A stretch of DNA of 64,000 bases from the human T2T-CHM13v2.0 reference genome, Homo sapiens (GCF_009914755.1 NC_060928.1), one strand, 5' to 3'; shown: positions 12,101 through 27,327, counted from the stretch's first letter. Numbers and translations: made by a program. The notes: generated from the sequence alone by a model not told the origin.

Positions 12101-14399
12101 TTGAGTAGAATCTGCAAGTTGATATTTAGATAGATTTGAAGATTTCGTTGGAAAAGGGAATATCTCCATAGAAAATCTAGAGGGAAGCATTCTCAGAAAC
12201 TGCTTTGTGATGTTTCCATTCAAGTCACAGAGTTGAATATTCCCTTTTATAGAGCACGTTTGAAACACTCTTTCTGCACTATCTGGAAGTGGACATTTCG
12301 AGCGCTTTGAGGCCTATGGTGAAAAAGGAAATATCTTCCCATAAAAACTAGACAGAAGCATTCTCAGAAACTTGTTTGTGATGTGTGTATTCAACTAACA
12401 GAGTTGAACTTTTGTTTTTACAGAGCCGTTTTAAAACACTCTTTTTGTGGAATCAGAAAGTGGATATTCGGATGGCTCTGAGGATTTCGTTGGAAGCGGG
12501 ATTACATATAAAATCTAGAGAGAAGCATTCTCAGGAACTTCTTTGTGATGTTTGCATTGAAGTCACAGAATTGAACATTCACTTTGATAGAGCAGGTTTG
12601 AAACACTCATTCTGTAGTATCTGGAAGTGGACATTTCAAGCGCTTTCAGGCCTATGGTGAGAAAGGAAATATCTTCGAATAAAAACTAGACAGAAGCATC
12701 CTCAGAAACTTATTTGTGATGTGTGTCCTCAACTAACAGAGTTGAAACTTTGTTTTGATACAGCATTTTGGAAACACTCTTTTTGTAGAATCTGCAGGTG
12801 GATATTTGGATAGCTTAGAGGGATTCGTTGGAAAGGGGATATCTTCATATAAAATCTAGACAGAAGCATTCTCAGAAACTTATTTGTGATGTGTGTCCTC
12901 AACTAACAGAGTTGAACCTTGGTTTTGATACAGCATTTTGGAAACACTCCTTTTGTAGAATCTGCAGGTGGATATGTGGATAGCTCTGAAGATTTCGTTG
13001 GAAACGGGAATTTCTTCATATAAAATCAAACAGAAGCATTCTCAGAAACTTCTCAGTGATGTTTGCATTCAGCTCATGGAGTTGAACACTTCCTTTCATA
13101 GAGCCGGTTTGAAACACTCTTTCTGCACTACCTGGAAGAGGACATTTCGAGCGCTTTGAGTCCTATGGTGAAAAAGGAAATATCTTCTCATAAAAACCAG
13201 AAAGAAGCATTCTCAGAAACTTCTTTGTGTTGTGTGTACTCATGTAACAGTGTTGAACCATCCTTTTGACAGAGCAGTTTTGAAACACTCTTTTTGTAGA
13301 ATCTGCAAGTGGATATTTGGATAGCTTTGAGGATTTCGTTGGAAACGGGATGACATATAATCTCTAGACAGAAGCATACTCAGGAACTTCTTTGTGATGT
13401 TTGCATTCAAGTCACAGAATTGAACATTCCCTTTCATAGAGCAGGTTTGAAACACTCTTTCTCTAGTATCTGGAAGTGGGCATTTCAAGCGCTTTCAGGC
13501 CTATGGAGAGAAAGGAAATACCTTCAAATAAAAACTAGACAGAAGCATTCTCAGAAACTTATTTGTGATGTGTGTCCTCAACTAACAGAGTTGAACCTTT
13601 GTTTTGATACAGCATTTTGGAAACACTCCTTTTGTAGAATCTGCAGGTGGATATTTGGATAACTTTGAAGATTTCGTTGGAAACCGGAATATCTTCATAT
13701 AAAATCAAGACAGAAGCATTCTCGGAAACATCTCTGTGATGTTTGCATTCAACTCAGTAGAGTTGAACACTTCCTTTCATAGAGCAGGTTTGAAACACTC
13801 TTTCTGCACTACCTGGAAGCGGACATTTCGAGCGCTTTGAGGCCTATGGTGAAAAAGGAAATAGCTTCTCATAAAAACCAGAAAGAAGCATTCTCAGAAA
13901 CTTCTTTGTGTTGTGTGTACTCAAGTAACAGTGTTGAACCTTCCTTTTGACACAGCAGTTTTGAAACACTCTTTTGGTAGAATCTGCAAGTGGATATTTG
14001 GATAGCTTTGAGGATTTCGTTGGAAACGGGTTATCTTCATATAAAATCCAGACAGGAGCATTCTCAGAAACTTCTTTGTGCTGCATGTCCTCAATTCACA
14101 GAGCTGAACCTTTGTTTGGATACAGCATTTTGGAAACATTCCTTTAGTAGAATCTGCAAGTTGATATTTAGATAGCTTTGAAGATTTCGTTGGAAACGGG
14201 AATATCTTCATAGAAAATCTAGACGGAAGCATTCTCAGAAACTGCTTTGTGATGTTTGCATTCAAGTCACAGAGTTGAATATTCCCTTTTATAGAGTAGG
14301 TTTGAAACACTCTTTTGGCACTTCCTGGAAGTGGATATTTCGAGCTCTTTGAGGCCTATGGTTAAAAGGAAATATCTTCCCATAAAAACTAGACAGAAG
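9127..14399 (+). repeat. HOR with internal 12-monomer (2041 bp) tandem duplication: M1-M14, M15/M3 hybrid, M4-M19 (31 monomers, 5273 bp)
   Basis: Next M1 is at 14400. ORF markers repeat at +2041 (9907/11948, 10344/12385, 11379/13420). The hybrid monomer starts at 11505. Confidence 0.93.
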
Positions 14400-17300
14400 C
14401 CGTCTCAGAAACTTGTTTGTGATGTGTGTATTCAACTAACAGAGTTGAACATTTCTGTTACAGAGCAATTTTAAAACACTCTTTTTGTGGAATCTGAAAG
14501 TGGATAATTGGATAGCTTTGTGGATTTCGTTGGAAACGGGATGACGTATAAAATCTAGAGAGAAGCATTCTCAGGAACTTCTTTGTGATGTTTGCATTCA
14601 AGTCACAGAATTGAACATTCCCTTTCATAGAGCAGGTTTGAAACACTCTTTCTCTAGTATCTGGAAGTGGGCATTTCAAGCGCTTTCAGGCCTATGGAGA
14701 GAAAGGAAATACCTTCAAATAAAAACTAGACAGAAGCATTCTCAGAAACTTATTTGTGATGTGTGTCCTCAACTAACAGAGTTGAACCTTTGTTTTGATA
14801 CAGCATTTTGGAAACACTCCTTTTGTAGGATCTGCAGGTGGATATTTGGATAGATTTTAAGATTTCGTTGGAAACGGGAGTTTCTTCATAGAAACTCAAG
14901 ACAGATGCATTCTCAGAAACATCTCTGTGATGTTTGCATTCCACTCATAGATTTGAAAACTTCCTTTCATAGAGCAGGTTTGAAACACTCTTTTTGTAAT
15001 ATTTGGAAGTGGACATTTGCAGCGCTTTGAGGCCTATGGTGAAAAAGGAAATATCTTCTCATAAAAACCAGAAACAAGCATTCTCAGAAACTTCTTTTTG
15101 ATGTGTGTACTCAAGTAACAGAGTTGAACCTTCCTTTTGACACAGCAGTTTTGAAACAATCTTTTTGTAGAATCTGCAAGTGGATATTTGGATAGCTTTG
15201 AGGATTTCGTTGCAAACGGGATATCTTCATATAAAATCTAGACAGAAGCATTCTCAGAAACTTCTTTGTGCTGTATGTCCTCAATTAACAGAGTTGAACC
15301 ATTGCTTGGATACAGCATTTTGGAAACATTCCTTGAGTAGAATCTGCAAGTTGATATTTAGATAGATTTGAAGATTTCGTTGGAAAAGGGAATATCTCCA
15401 TAGAAAATCTAGAGGGAAGCATTCTCAGAAACTGCTTTGTGATGTTTCCATTCAAGTCACAGAGTTGAATATTCCCTTTTATAGAGCACGTTTGAAACAC
15501 TCTTTCTGCACTATCTGGAAGTGGACATTTCGAGCGCTTTGAGGCCTATGGTGAAAAAGGAAATATCTTCCCATAAAAACTAGACAGAAGCATTCTCAGA
15601 AACTTGTTTGTGATGTGTGTATTCAACTAACAGAGTTGAACTTTTGTTTTTACAGAGCCGTTTTAAAACACTCTTTTTGTGGAATCAGAAAGTGGATATT
15701 CGGATGGCTCTGAGGATTTCGTTGGAAGCGGGATTACATATAAAATCTAGAGAGAAGCATTCTCAGGAACTTCTTTGTGATGTTTGCATTGAAGTCACAG
15801 AATTGAACATTCACTTTGATAGAGCAGGTTTGAAACACTCATTCTGTAGTATCTGGAAGTGGACATTTCAAGCGCTTTCAGGCCTATGGTGAGAAAGGAA
15901 ATATCTTCGAATAAAAACTAGACAGAAGCATCCTCAGAAACTTATTTGTGATGTGTGTCCTCAACTAACAGAGTTGAAACTTTGTTTTGATACAGCATTT
16001 TGGAAACACTCTTTTTGTAGAATCTGCAGGTGGATATTTGGATAGCTTAGAGGGATTCGTTGGAAAGGGGATATCTTCATATAAAATCTAGACAGAAGCA
16101 TTCTCAGAAACTTATTTGTGATGTGTGTCCTCAACTAACAGAGTTGAACCTTGGTTTTGATACAGCATTTTGGAAACACTCCTTTTGTAGAATCTGCAGG
16201 TGGATATGTGGATAGCTCTGAAGATTTCGTTGGAAACGGGAATTTCTTCATATAAAATCAAACAGAAGCATTCTCAGAAACTTCTCAGTGATGTTTGCAT
16301 TCAGCTCATGGAGTTGAACACTTCCTTTCATAGAGCCGGTTTGAAACACTCTTTCTGCACTACCTGGAAGAGGACATTTCGAGCGCTTTGAGTCCTATGG
16401 TGAAAAAGGAAATATCTTCTCATAAAAACCAGAAAGAAGCATTCTCAGAAACTTCTTTGTGTTGTGTGTACTCATGTAACAGTGTTGAACCATCCTTTTG
16501 ACAGAGCAGTTTTGAAACACTCTTTTTGTAGAATCTGCAAGTGGATATTTGGATAGCTTTGAGGATTTCGTTGGAAACGGGATGACATATAATCTCTAGA
16601 GAGAAGCATACTCAGGAACTTCTTTGTGATGTTTGCATTCAAGTCACAGAATTGAACATTCCCTTTCATAGAGCAGGTTTGAAACACTCTTTCTCTAGTA
16701 TCTGGAAGTGGGCATTTCAAGCGCTTTCAGGCCTATGGAGAGAAAGGAAATACCTTCAAATAAAAACTAGACAGAAGCATTCTCAGAAACTTATTTGTGA
16801 TGTGTGTCCTCAACTAACAGAGTTGAACCTTTGTTTTGATACAGCATTTTGGAAACACTCCTTTTGTAGAATCTGCAGGTGGATATTTGGATAACTTTGA
16901 AGATTTCGTTGGAAACCGGAATATCTTCATATAAAATCAAGACAGAAGCATTCTCGGAAACATCTCTGTGATGTTTGCATTCAACTCAGTAGAGTTGAAC
17001 ACTTCCTTTCATAGAGCAGGTTTGAAACACTCTTTCTGCACTACCTGGAAGCGGACATTTCGAGCGCTTTGAGGCCTATGGTGAAAAAGGAAATATCTTC
17101 TCATAAAAACCAGAAAGAAGCATTCTCAGAAACTTCTTTGTGTTGTGTGTACTCAAGTAACAGTGTTGAACCTTCCTTTTGACACAGCAGTTTTGAAACA
17201 CTCTTTTGGTAGAATCTGCAAGTGGATATTTGGATAGCTTTGAGGATTTCGTTGGAAACGGGTTATCTTCATATAAAATCCAGACAGGAGCATTCTCAGA

Positions 17301-20300
17301 AACTTCTTTGTGCTGCATGTCCTCAATTCACAGAGCTGAACCTTTGTTTGGATACAGCATTTTGGAAACATTCCTTTAGTAGAATCTGCAAGTTGATATT
17401 TAGATAGCTTTGAAGATTTCGTTGGAAACGGGAATATCTTCATAGAACATCTAGACGGAAGCATTCTCAGAAACTGCTTTGTGATGTTTGCATTCAAGTC
17501 ACAGAGTTGAATATTCCCTTTTATAGAGTAGGTTTGAAACACTCTTTTGGCACTACCTGGAAGTGGATATTTCGAGCTCTTTGAGGCCTATGGTTAAAAG
17601 GAAATATCTTCCCATAAAAACTAGACAGAAGCCGTCTCAGAAACTTGTTTGTGATGTGTGTATTCAACTAACAGAGTTGAACATTTCTGTTACAGAGCAA
17701 TTTTAAAACACTCTTTTTGTGGAATCTGAAAGTGGATAATTGGATAGCTTTGTGGATTTCGTTGGAAACGGGATGACGTATAAAATCTAGAGATAAGCAT
17801 TCTCAGGAACTTCTTTCTGATGTTTGCATTCAAGTCACAGAATTGAACATTCCTTTTCATAGTGCAGGTTTGAAACACTCTTTCTGTAGTATCTGGAAGT
17901 GGACATTTCAAGCGCTTTCAGGCCTACGGGGAGAAAGGAAATATCTTCAAATAAAAACTAGACAGAAGGATTCTCAGAAACTTATTTGTGATGTGTGTCC
18001 TAAACGAACACAGTTGAACCTTTGTTTTGATACAGCATTTTGGAAACACTCCTTTTGTAGGATCTGCAGGTGGATATTTGGATAGATTTTAAGATTTCGT
18101 TGGAAACGGGAGTTTCTTCATAGAAACTCAAGACAGATGCATTCTCAGAAACATCTCTGTGATGTTTGCATTCCACTCATAGAGTTGAAAACTTCCTTTC
18201 ATAGAGCAGGTTTGAAACACTCTTTTTGTAATATTTGGAAGTGGACATTTGCAGCGCTTTGAGGCCTATGGTGAAAAAGGAAATATCTTCTCATAAAAAC
18301 CAGAAACAAGCATTCTCAGAAACTTCTTTTTGATGTGTGTACTCAAGTAACAGAGTTGAACCTTCCTTTTGACACAGCAGTTTTGAAACAATCTTTTTGT
18401 AGAATCTGCAAGTGGATATTTGGATAGCTTTGAGGATTTCGTTGCAAACGGGATATCTTCATATAAAATCTAGACAGAAGCATTCTCAGAAACTTCTTTG
18501 TGCTGTATGTCCTCAATTAACAGAGTTGAACCATTGCTTGGATACAGCATTTTGGAAACATTCCTTGAGTAGAATCTGCAAGTTGATATTTAGATAGATT
18601 TGAAGATTTCGTTGGAAAAGGGAATATCTCCATAGAAAATCTAGAGGGAAGCATTCTCAGAAACTGCTTTGTGATGTTTCCATTCAAGTCACAGAGTTGA
18701 ATATTCCCTTTTATAGAGCACGTTTGAAACACTCTTTCTGCACTATCTGGAAGTGGACATTTCGAGCGCTTTGAGGCCTATGGTGAAAAAGGAAATATCT
18801 TCCCATAAAAACTAGACAGAAGCATTCTCAGAAACTTGTTTGTGATGTGTGTATTCAACTAACAGAGTTGAACTTTTGTTTTTACAGAGCCGTTTTAAAA
18901 CACTCTTTTTGTGGAATCAGAAAGTGGATATTCGGATGGCTCTGAGGATTTCGTTGGAAGCGGGATTACATATAAAATCTAGAGAGAAGCATTCTCAGGA
19001 ACTTCTTTGTGATGTTTGCATTGAAGTCACAGAATTGAACATTCACTTTGATAGAGCAGGTTTGAAACACTCATTCTGTAGTATCTGGAAGTGGACATTT
19101 CAAGCGCTTTCAGGCCTATGGTGAGAAAGGAAATATCTTCGAATAAAAACTAGACAGAAGCATCCTCAGAAACTTATTTGTGATGTGTGTCCTCAACTAA
19201 CAGAGTTGAAACTTTGTTTTGATACAGCATTTTGGAAACACTCTTTTTGTAGAATCTGCAGGTGGATATTTGGATAGCTTAGAGGGATTCGTTGGAAAGG
19301 GGATATCTTCATATAAAATCTAGACAGAAGCATTCTCAGAAACTTATTTGTGATGTGTGTCCTCAACTAACAGAGTTGAACCTTGGTTTTGATACAGCAT
19401 TTTGGAAACACTCCTTTTGTAGAATCTGCAGGTGGATATGTGGATAGCTCTGAAGATTTCGTTGGAAACGGGAATTTCTTCATATAAAATCAAACAGAAG
19501 CATTCTCAGAAACTTCTCAGTGATGTTTGCATTCAGCTCATGGAGTTGAACACTTCCTTTCATAGAGCCGGTTTGAAACACTCTTTCTGCACTACCTGGA
19601 AGAGGACATTTCGAGCGCTTTGAGTCCTATGGTGAAAAAGGAAATATCTTCTCATAAAAACCAGAAAGAAGCATTCTCAGAAACTTCTTTGTGTTGTGTG
19701 TACTCATGTAACAGTGTTGAACCATCCTTTTGACAGAGCAGTTTTGAAACACTCTTTTTGTAGAATCTGCAAGTGGATATTTGGATAGCTTTGAGGATTT
19801 CGTTGGAAACGGGATGACATATAATCTCTAGAGAGAAGCATACTCAGGAACTTCTTTGTGATGTTTGCATTCAAGTCACAGAATTGAACATTCCCTTTCA
19901 TAGAGCAGGTTTGAAACACTCTTTCTCTAGTATCTGGAAGTGGGCATTTCAAGCGCTTTCAGGCCTATGGAGAGAAAGGAAATACCTTCAAATAAAAACT
20001 AGACAGAAGCATTCTCAGAAACTTATTTGTGATGTGTGTCCTCAACTAACAGAGTTGAACCTTTGTTTTGATACAGCATTTTGGAAACACTCCTTTTGTA
20101 GAATCTGCAGGTGGATATTTGGATAACTTTGAAGATTTCGTTGGAAACCGGAATATCTTCATATAAAATCAAGACAGAAGCATTCTCGGAAACATCTCTG
20201 TGATGTTTGCATTCAACTCAGTAGAGTTGAACACTTCCTTTCATAGAGCAGGTTTGAAACACTCTTTCTGCACTACCTGGAAGCGGACATTTCGAGCGCT

Positions 20301-23300
20301 TTGAGGCCTATGGTGAAAAAGGAAATAGCTTCTCATAAAAACCAGAAAGAAGCATTCTCAGAAACTTCTTTGTGTTGTGTGTACTCAAGTAACAGTGTTG
20401 AACCTTCCTTTTGACACAGCAGTTTTGAAACACTCTTTTGGTAGAATCTGCAAGTGGATATTTGGATAGCTTTGAGGATTTCGTTGGAAACGGGTTATCT
20501 TCATATAAAATCCAGACAGGAGCATTCTCAGAAACTTCTTTGTGCTGCATGTCCTCAATTCACAGAGCTGAACCTTTGTTTGGATACAGCATTTTGGAAA
20601 CATTCCTTTAGTAGAATCTGCAAGTTGATATTTAGATAGCTTTGAAGATTTCGTTGGAAACGGGAATATCTTCATAGAAAATCTAGACGGAAGCATTCTC
20701 AGAAACTGCTTTGTGATGTTTGCATTCAAGTCACAGAGTTGAATATTCCCTTTTATAGAGTAGGTTTGAAACACTCTTTTGGCACTTCCTGGAAGTGGAT
20801 ATTTCGAGCTCTTTGAGGCCTATGGTTAAAAGGAAATATCTTCCCATAAAAACTAGACAGAAGCCGTCTCAGAAACTTGTTTGTGATGTGTGTATTCAAC
20901 TAACAGAGTTGAACATTTCTGTTACAGAGCAATTTTAAAACACTCTTTTTGTGGAATCTGAAAGTGGATAATTGGATAGCTTTGTGGATTTCGTTGGAAA
21001 CGGGATGACGTATAAAATCTAGAGAGAAGCATTCTCAGGAACTTCTTTGTGATGTTTGCATTCAAGTCACAGAATTGAACATTCCCTTTCATAGAGCAGG
21101 TTTGAAACACTCTTTCTCTAGTATCTGGAAGTGGGCATTTCAAGCGCTTTCAGGCCTATGGAGAGAAAGGAAATACCTTCAAATAAAAACTAGACAGAAG
21201 CATTCTCAGAAACTTATTTGTGATGTGTGTCCTCAACTAACAGAGTTGAACCTTTGTTTTGATACAGCATTTTGGAAACACTCCTTTTGTAGGATCTGCA
21301 GGTGGATATTTGGATAGATTTTAAGATTTCGTTGGAAACGGGAGTTTCTTCATAGAAACTCAAGACAGATGCATTCTCAGAAACATCTCTGTGATGTTTG
21401 CATTCCACTCATAGATTTGAAAACTTCCTTTCATAGAGCAGGTTTGAAACACTCTTTTTGTAATATTTGGAAGTGGACATTTGCAGCGCTTTGAGGCCTA
21501 TGGTGAAAAAGGAAATATCTTCTCATAAAAACCAGAAACAAGCATTCTCAGAAACTTCTTTTTGATGTGTGTACTCAAGTAACAGAGTTGAACCTTCCTT
21601 TTGACACAGCAGTTTTGAAACAATCTTTTTGTAGAATCTGCAAGTGGATATTTGGATAGCTTTGAGGATTTCGTTGCAAACGGGATATCTTCATATAAAA
21701 TCTAGACAGAAGCATTCTCAGAAACTTCTTTGTGCTGTATGTCCTCAATTAACAGAGTTGAACCATTGCTTGGATACAGCATTTTGGAAACATTCCTTGA
21801 GTAGAATCTGCAAGTTGATATTTAGATAGATTTGAAGATTTCGTTGGAAAAGGGAATATCTCCATAGAAAATCTAGAGGGAAGCATTCTCAGAAACTGCT
21901 TTGTGATGTTTCCATTCAAGTCACAGAGTTGAATATTCCCTTTTATAGAGCACGTTTGAAACACTCTTTCTGCACTATCTGGAAGTGGACATTTCGAGCG
22001 CTTTGAGGCCTATGGTGAAAAAGGAAATATCTTCCCATAAAAACTAGACAGAAGCATTCTCAGAAACTTGTTTGTGATGTGTGTATTCAACTAACAGAGT
22101 TGAACTTTTGTTTTTACAGAGCCGTTTTAAAACACTCTTTTTGTGGAATCAGAAAGTGGATATTCGGATGGCTCTGAGGATTTCGTTGGAAGCGGGATTA
22201 CATATAAAATCTAGAGAGAAGCATTCTCAGGAACTTCTTTGTGATGTTTGCATTGAAGTCACAGAATTGAACATTCACTTTGATAGAGCAGGTTTGAAAC
22301 ACTCATTCTGTAGTATCTGGAAGTGGACATTTCAAGCGCTTTCAGGCCTATGGTGAGAAAGGAAATATCTTCGAATAAAAACTAGACAGAAGCATCCTCA
22401 GAAACTTATTTGTGATGTGTGTCCTCAACTAACAGAGTTGAAACTTTGTTTTGATACAGCATTTTGGAAACACTCTTTTTGTAGAATCTGCAGGTGGATA
22501 TTTGGATAGCTTAGAGGGATTCGTTGGAAAGGGGATATCTTCATATAAAATCTAGACAGAAGCATTCTCAGAAACTTATTTGTGATGTGTGTCCTCAACT
22601 AACAGAGTTGAACCTTGGTTTTGATACAGCATTTTGGAAACGCTCCTTTTGTAGAATCTGCAGGTGGATATGTGGATAGCTCTGAAGATTTCGTTGGAAA
22701 CGGGAATTTCTTCATATAAAATCAAACAGAAGCATTCTCAGAAACTTCTCAGTGATGTTTGCATTCAGCTCATGGAGTTGAACACTTCCTTTCATAGAGC
22801 CGGTTTGAAACACTCTTTCTGCACTACCTGGAAGAGGACATTTCGAGCGCTTTGAGTCCTATGGTGAAAAAGGAAATATCTTCTCATAAAAACCAGAAAG
22901 AAGCATTCTCAGAAACTTCTTTGTGTTGTGTGTACTCATGTAACAGTGTTGAACCATCCTTTTGACAGAGCAGTTTTGAAACACTCTTTTTGTAGAATCT
23001 GCAAGTGGATATTTGGATAGCTTTGAGGATTTCGTTGGAAACGGGATGACATATAATCTCTAGAGAGAAGCATACTCAGGAACTTCTTTGTGATGTTTGC
23101 ATTCAAGTCACAGAATTGAACATTCCCTTTCATAGAGCAGGTTTGAAACACTCTTTCTCTAGTATCTGGAAGTGGGCATTTCAAGCGCTTTCAGGCCTAT
23201 GGAGAGAAAGGAAATACCTTCAAATAAAAACTAGACAGAAGCATTCTCAGAAACTTATTTGTGATGTGTGTCCTCAACTAACAGAGTTGAACCTTTGTTT

Positions 23301-26300
23301 TGATACAGCATTTTGGAAACACTCCTTTTGTAGAATCTGCAGGTGGATATTTGGATAACTTTGAAGATTTCGTTGGAAACCGGAATATCTTCGTATAAAA
23401 TCAAGACAGAAGCATTCTCGGAAACATCTCTGTGATGTTTGCATTCAACTCAGTAGAGTTGAACACTTCCTTTCATAGAGCCGGTTTGAAACACTCTTTC
23501 TGCACTACCTGGAAGCGGACATTTCGAGCGCTTTGAGGCCTATGGTGAAAAAGGAAATAGCTTCTCATAAAAACCAGAAAGAAGCATTCTCAGAAACTTC
23601 TTTGTGTTGTGTGTACTCAAGTAACAGTGTTGAACCTTCCTTTTGACACAGCAGTTTTGAAACACTCTTTTGGTAGAATCTGCAAGTGGATATTTGGATA
23701 GCTTTGAGGATTTCGTTGGAAACGGGTTATCTTCATATAAAATCCAGACAGGAGCATTCTCAGAAACTTCTTTGTGCTGCATGTCCTCAATTCACAGAGC
23801 TGAACCTTTGTTTGGATACAGCATTTTGGAAACATTCCTTTAGTAGAATCTGCAAGTTGATATTTAGATAGCTTTGAAGATTTCGTTGGAAACGGGAATA
23901 TCTTCATAGAAAATCTAGACGGAAGCATTCTCAGAAACTGCTTTGTGATGTTTGCATTCAAGTCACAGAGTTGAATATTCCCTTTTATAGAGTAGGTTTG
24001 AAACACTCTTTCGGCACTACCTGGAAGTGGATATTTCGAGCTCTTTGAGGCCTATGGTTAAAAGGAAATATCTTCCCATAAAAACTAGACAGAAGCCGTC
24101 TCAGAAACTTGTTTGTGATGTGTGTATTCAACTAACAGAGTTGAACATTTCTGTTACAGAGCAATTTTAAAACACTCTTTTTGTGGAATCTGAAAGTGGA
24201 TAATTGGATAGCTTTGTGGATTTCGTTGGAAACGGGATGACGTATAAAATCTAGAGAGAAGCATTCTCAGGAACTTCTTTCTGATGTTTGCATTCAAGTC
24301 ACAGAATTGAACATTCCTTTTCATAGTGCAGGTTTGAAACACTCTTTCTGTAGTATCTGGAAGTGGACATTTCAAGCGCTTTCAGGCCTACGGGGAGAAA
24401 GGAAATATCTTCAAATAAAAACTAGACAGAAGGATTCTCAGAAACTTATTTGTGATGTGTGTCCTAAACGAACACAGTTGAACCTTTGTTTTGATACAGC
24501 ATTTTGGAAACACTCCTTTTGTAGGATCTGCAGGTGGATATTTGGATAGATTTTAAGATTTCGTTGGAAACGGGAGTTTCTTCATAGAAACTCAAGACAG
24601 ATGCATTCTCAGAAACATCTCTGTGATGTTTGCATTCCACTCATAGAGTTGAAAACTTCCTTTCATAGAGCAGGTTTGAAACACTCTTTTTGTAATATTT
24701 GGAAGTGGACATTTGCAGCACTTTGAGGCCTATGGTGAAAAAGGAAATATCTTCTCATAAAAACCAGAAACAAGCATTCTCAGAAACTTCTTTTTGATGT
24801 GTGTACTCAAGTAACAGAGTTGAACCTTCCTTTTGACACAGCAGTTTTGAAACAATCTTTTTGTAGAATCTGCAAGTGGATATTTGGATAGCTTTGAGGA
24901 TTTCGTTGGAAACGGGATATCTTCATATAAAATCTAGACAGAAGCATTCTCAGAAACTTCTTTGTGCTGTATGCCCTCAATTAACAGAGTTGAACCATTG
25001 CTTGGATACAGCATTTTGGAAACATTCCTTGAGTAGATTCTGCAAGTTGATATTTAGATAGATTTGAAGATTTCATTGGAAAAGGGAATATCTCCATATA
25101 AAATCTAGAGGGAAGCATTCTCAGAAACTGCTTTGTGATGTTTCCATTCAAGTCACAGAGTTGAATATTCCCTTTTATAGAGCACGTTTGAAACACTCTT
25201 TCTGCACTATCTGGAAGTGGACATTTCGAGCGCTTTGAGGCCTATGGTGAAAAAGGAAATATCTTCCCATAAAAACTAGACAGAAGCATTCTCAGAAACT
25301 TGTTTGTGATGTGTGTATTCAACTAACAGAGTTGAACTTTTGTTTTTACAGAGCCGTTTTAAAACACTCTTTTTGTGGAATCAGAAAGTGGATATTCGGA
25401 TGGCTCTGAGGATTTCGTTGGAAGCGGGATTACATATAAAATCTAGAGAGAAGCATTCTCAGGAACTTCTTTGTGATGTTTGCATTGAAGTCACAGAATT
25501 GAACATTCACTTTGATAGAGCAGGTTTGAAACACTCATTCTGTAGTATCTGGAAGTGGACATTTCAAGCGCTTTCAGGCCTATGGTGAGAAAGGAAATAT
25601 CTTCGAATAAAAACTAGACAGAAGCATCCTCAGAAACTTATTTGTGATGTGTGTCCTCAACTAACAGAGTTGAAACTTTGTTTTGATACAGCATTTTGGA
25701 AACACTCTTTTTGTAGAATCTGCAGGTGGATATTTGGATAGCTTAGAGGGATTCGTTGGAAAGGGGATATCTTCATATAAAATCTAGACAGAAGCATTCT
25801 CAGAAACTTATTTGTGATGTGTGTCCTCAACTAACAGAGTTGAACCTTGGTTTTGATACAGCATTTTGGAAACGCTCCTTTTGTAGAATCTGCAGGTGGA
25901 TATGTGGATAGCTCTGAAGATTTCGTTGGAAACGGGAATTTCTTCATATAAAATCAAACAGAAGCATTCTCAGAAACTTCTCAGTGATGTTTGCATTCAG
26001 CTCATGGAGTTGAACACTTCCTTTCATAGAACCGGTTTGAAACACTCTTTCTGCACTACCTGGAAGAGGACATTTCGAGCGCTTTGAGTCCTATGGTGAA
26101 AAAGGAAATATCTTCTCATAAAAACCAGAAAGAAGCATTCTCAGAAACTTCTTTGTGTTGTGTGTACTCATGTAACAGTGTTGAACCATCCTTTTGACAG
26201 AGCAGTTTTGAAACACTCTTTTTGTAGAATCTGCAAGTGGATATTTGGATAGCTTTGAGGATTTCGTTGGAAACGGGATGACATATAATATCTAGAGAGA

Positions 26301-27327
26301 AGCATTCTCAGGAACTTCTTTGTGATGTTTGCATTCAAGTCACAGAATTGAACATTCCCTTTCATAGAGCAGGTTTGAAACACTCTTTCTCTAGTATCTG
26401 GAAGTGGGCATTTCAAGCGCTTTCAGGCCTATGGAGAGAAAGGAAATACCTTCAAATAAAAACTAGACAGAAGCATTCTCAGAAACTTATTTGTGATGTG
26501 TGTCCTCAACTAACAGAGTTGAACCTTTGTTTTGATACAGCGTTTTGGAAACACTCCTTTTGTAGAATCTGCAGGTGGATATTTGGATAACTTTGAAGAT
26601 TTCGTTGGAAACCGGAATATCTTCATATAAAATCAAGACAGAAGCATTCTCGGAAACATCTCTGTGATGTTTGCATTCAACTCAGTAGAGTTGAACACTT
26701 CCTTTCATAGAGCAGGTTTGAAACACTCTTTCTGCACTACCTGGAAGCGGACATTTCGAGCGCTTTGAGGCCTATGGTGAAAAAGGAAATATCTTCTCAT
26801 AAAAACCAGAAAGAAGCATTCTCAGAAACTTCTTTGTGTTGTGTGTACTCAAGTAACAGTGTTGAACCTTCCTTTTGACACAGCAGTTTTGAAACACTCT
26901 TTTGGTAGAATCTGCAAGTGGATATTTGGATAGCTTTGAGGATTTCGTTGGAAACGGGTTATCTTCATATAAAATCCAGACAGGAGCATTCTCAGAAACT
27001 TCTTTGTGCTGCATGTCCTCAATTCACAGAGCTGAACCTTTGTTTGGATACAGCATTTTGGAAACATTCCTTTAGTAGAATCTGCAAGTTGATATTTAGA
27101 TAGCTTTGAAGATTTCGTTGGAAACGGGAATATCTTCATAGAACATCTAGACGGAAGCATTCTCAGAAACTGCTTTGTGATGTTTGCATTCAAGTCACAG
27201 AGTTGAATATTCCCTTTTATAGAGTAGGTTTGAAACACTCTTTTGGCACTACCTGGAAGTGGATATTTCGAGCTCTTTGAGGCCTATGGTTAAAAGGAAA
27301 TATCTTCCCATAAAAACTAGACAGAAG
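14400..27327 (+). repeat. Four 19-mer HORs (starts 14400, 17632, 20864, 24096); those at 14400 and 20864 are M2/M14 chimeric variants
   Basis: Exact 3232-bp spacing of CCGTCTCAG starts and of ORF markers. Confidence 0.95.
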
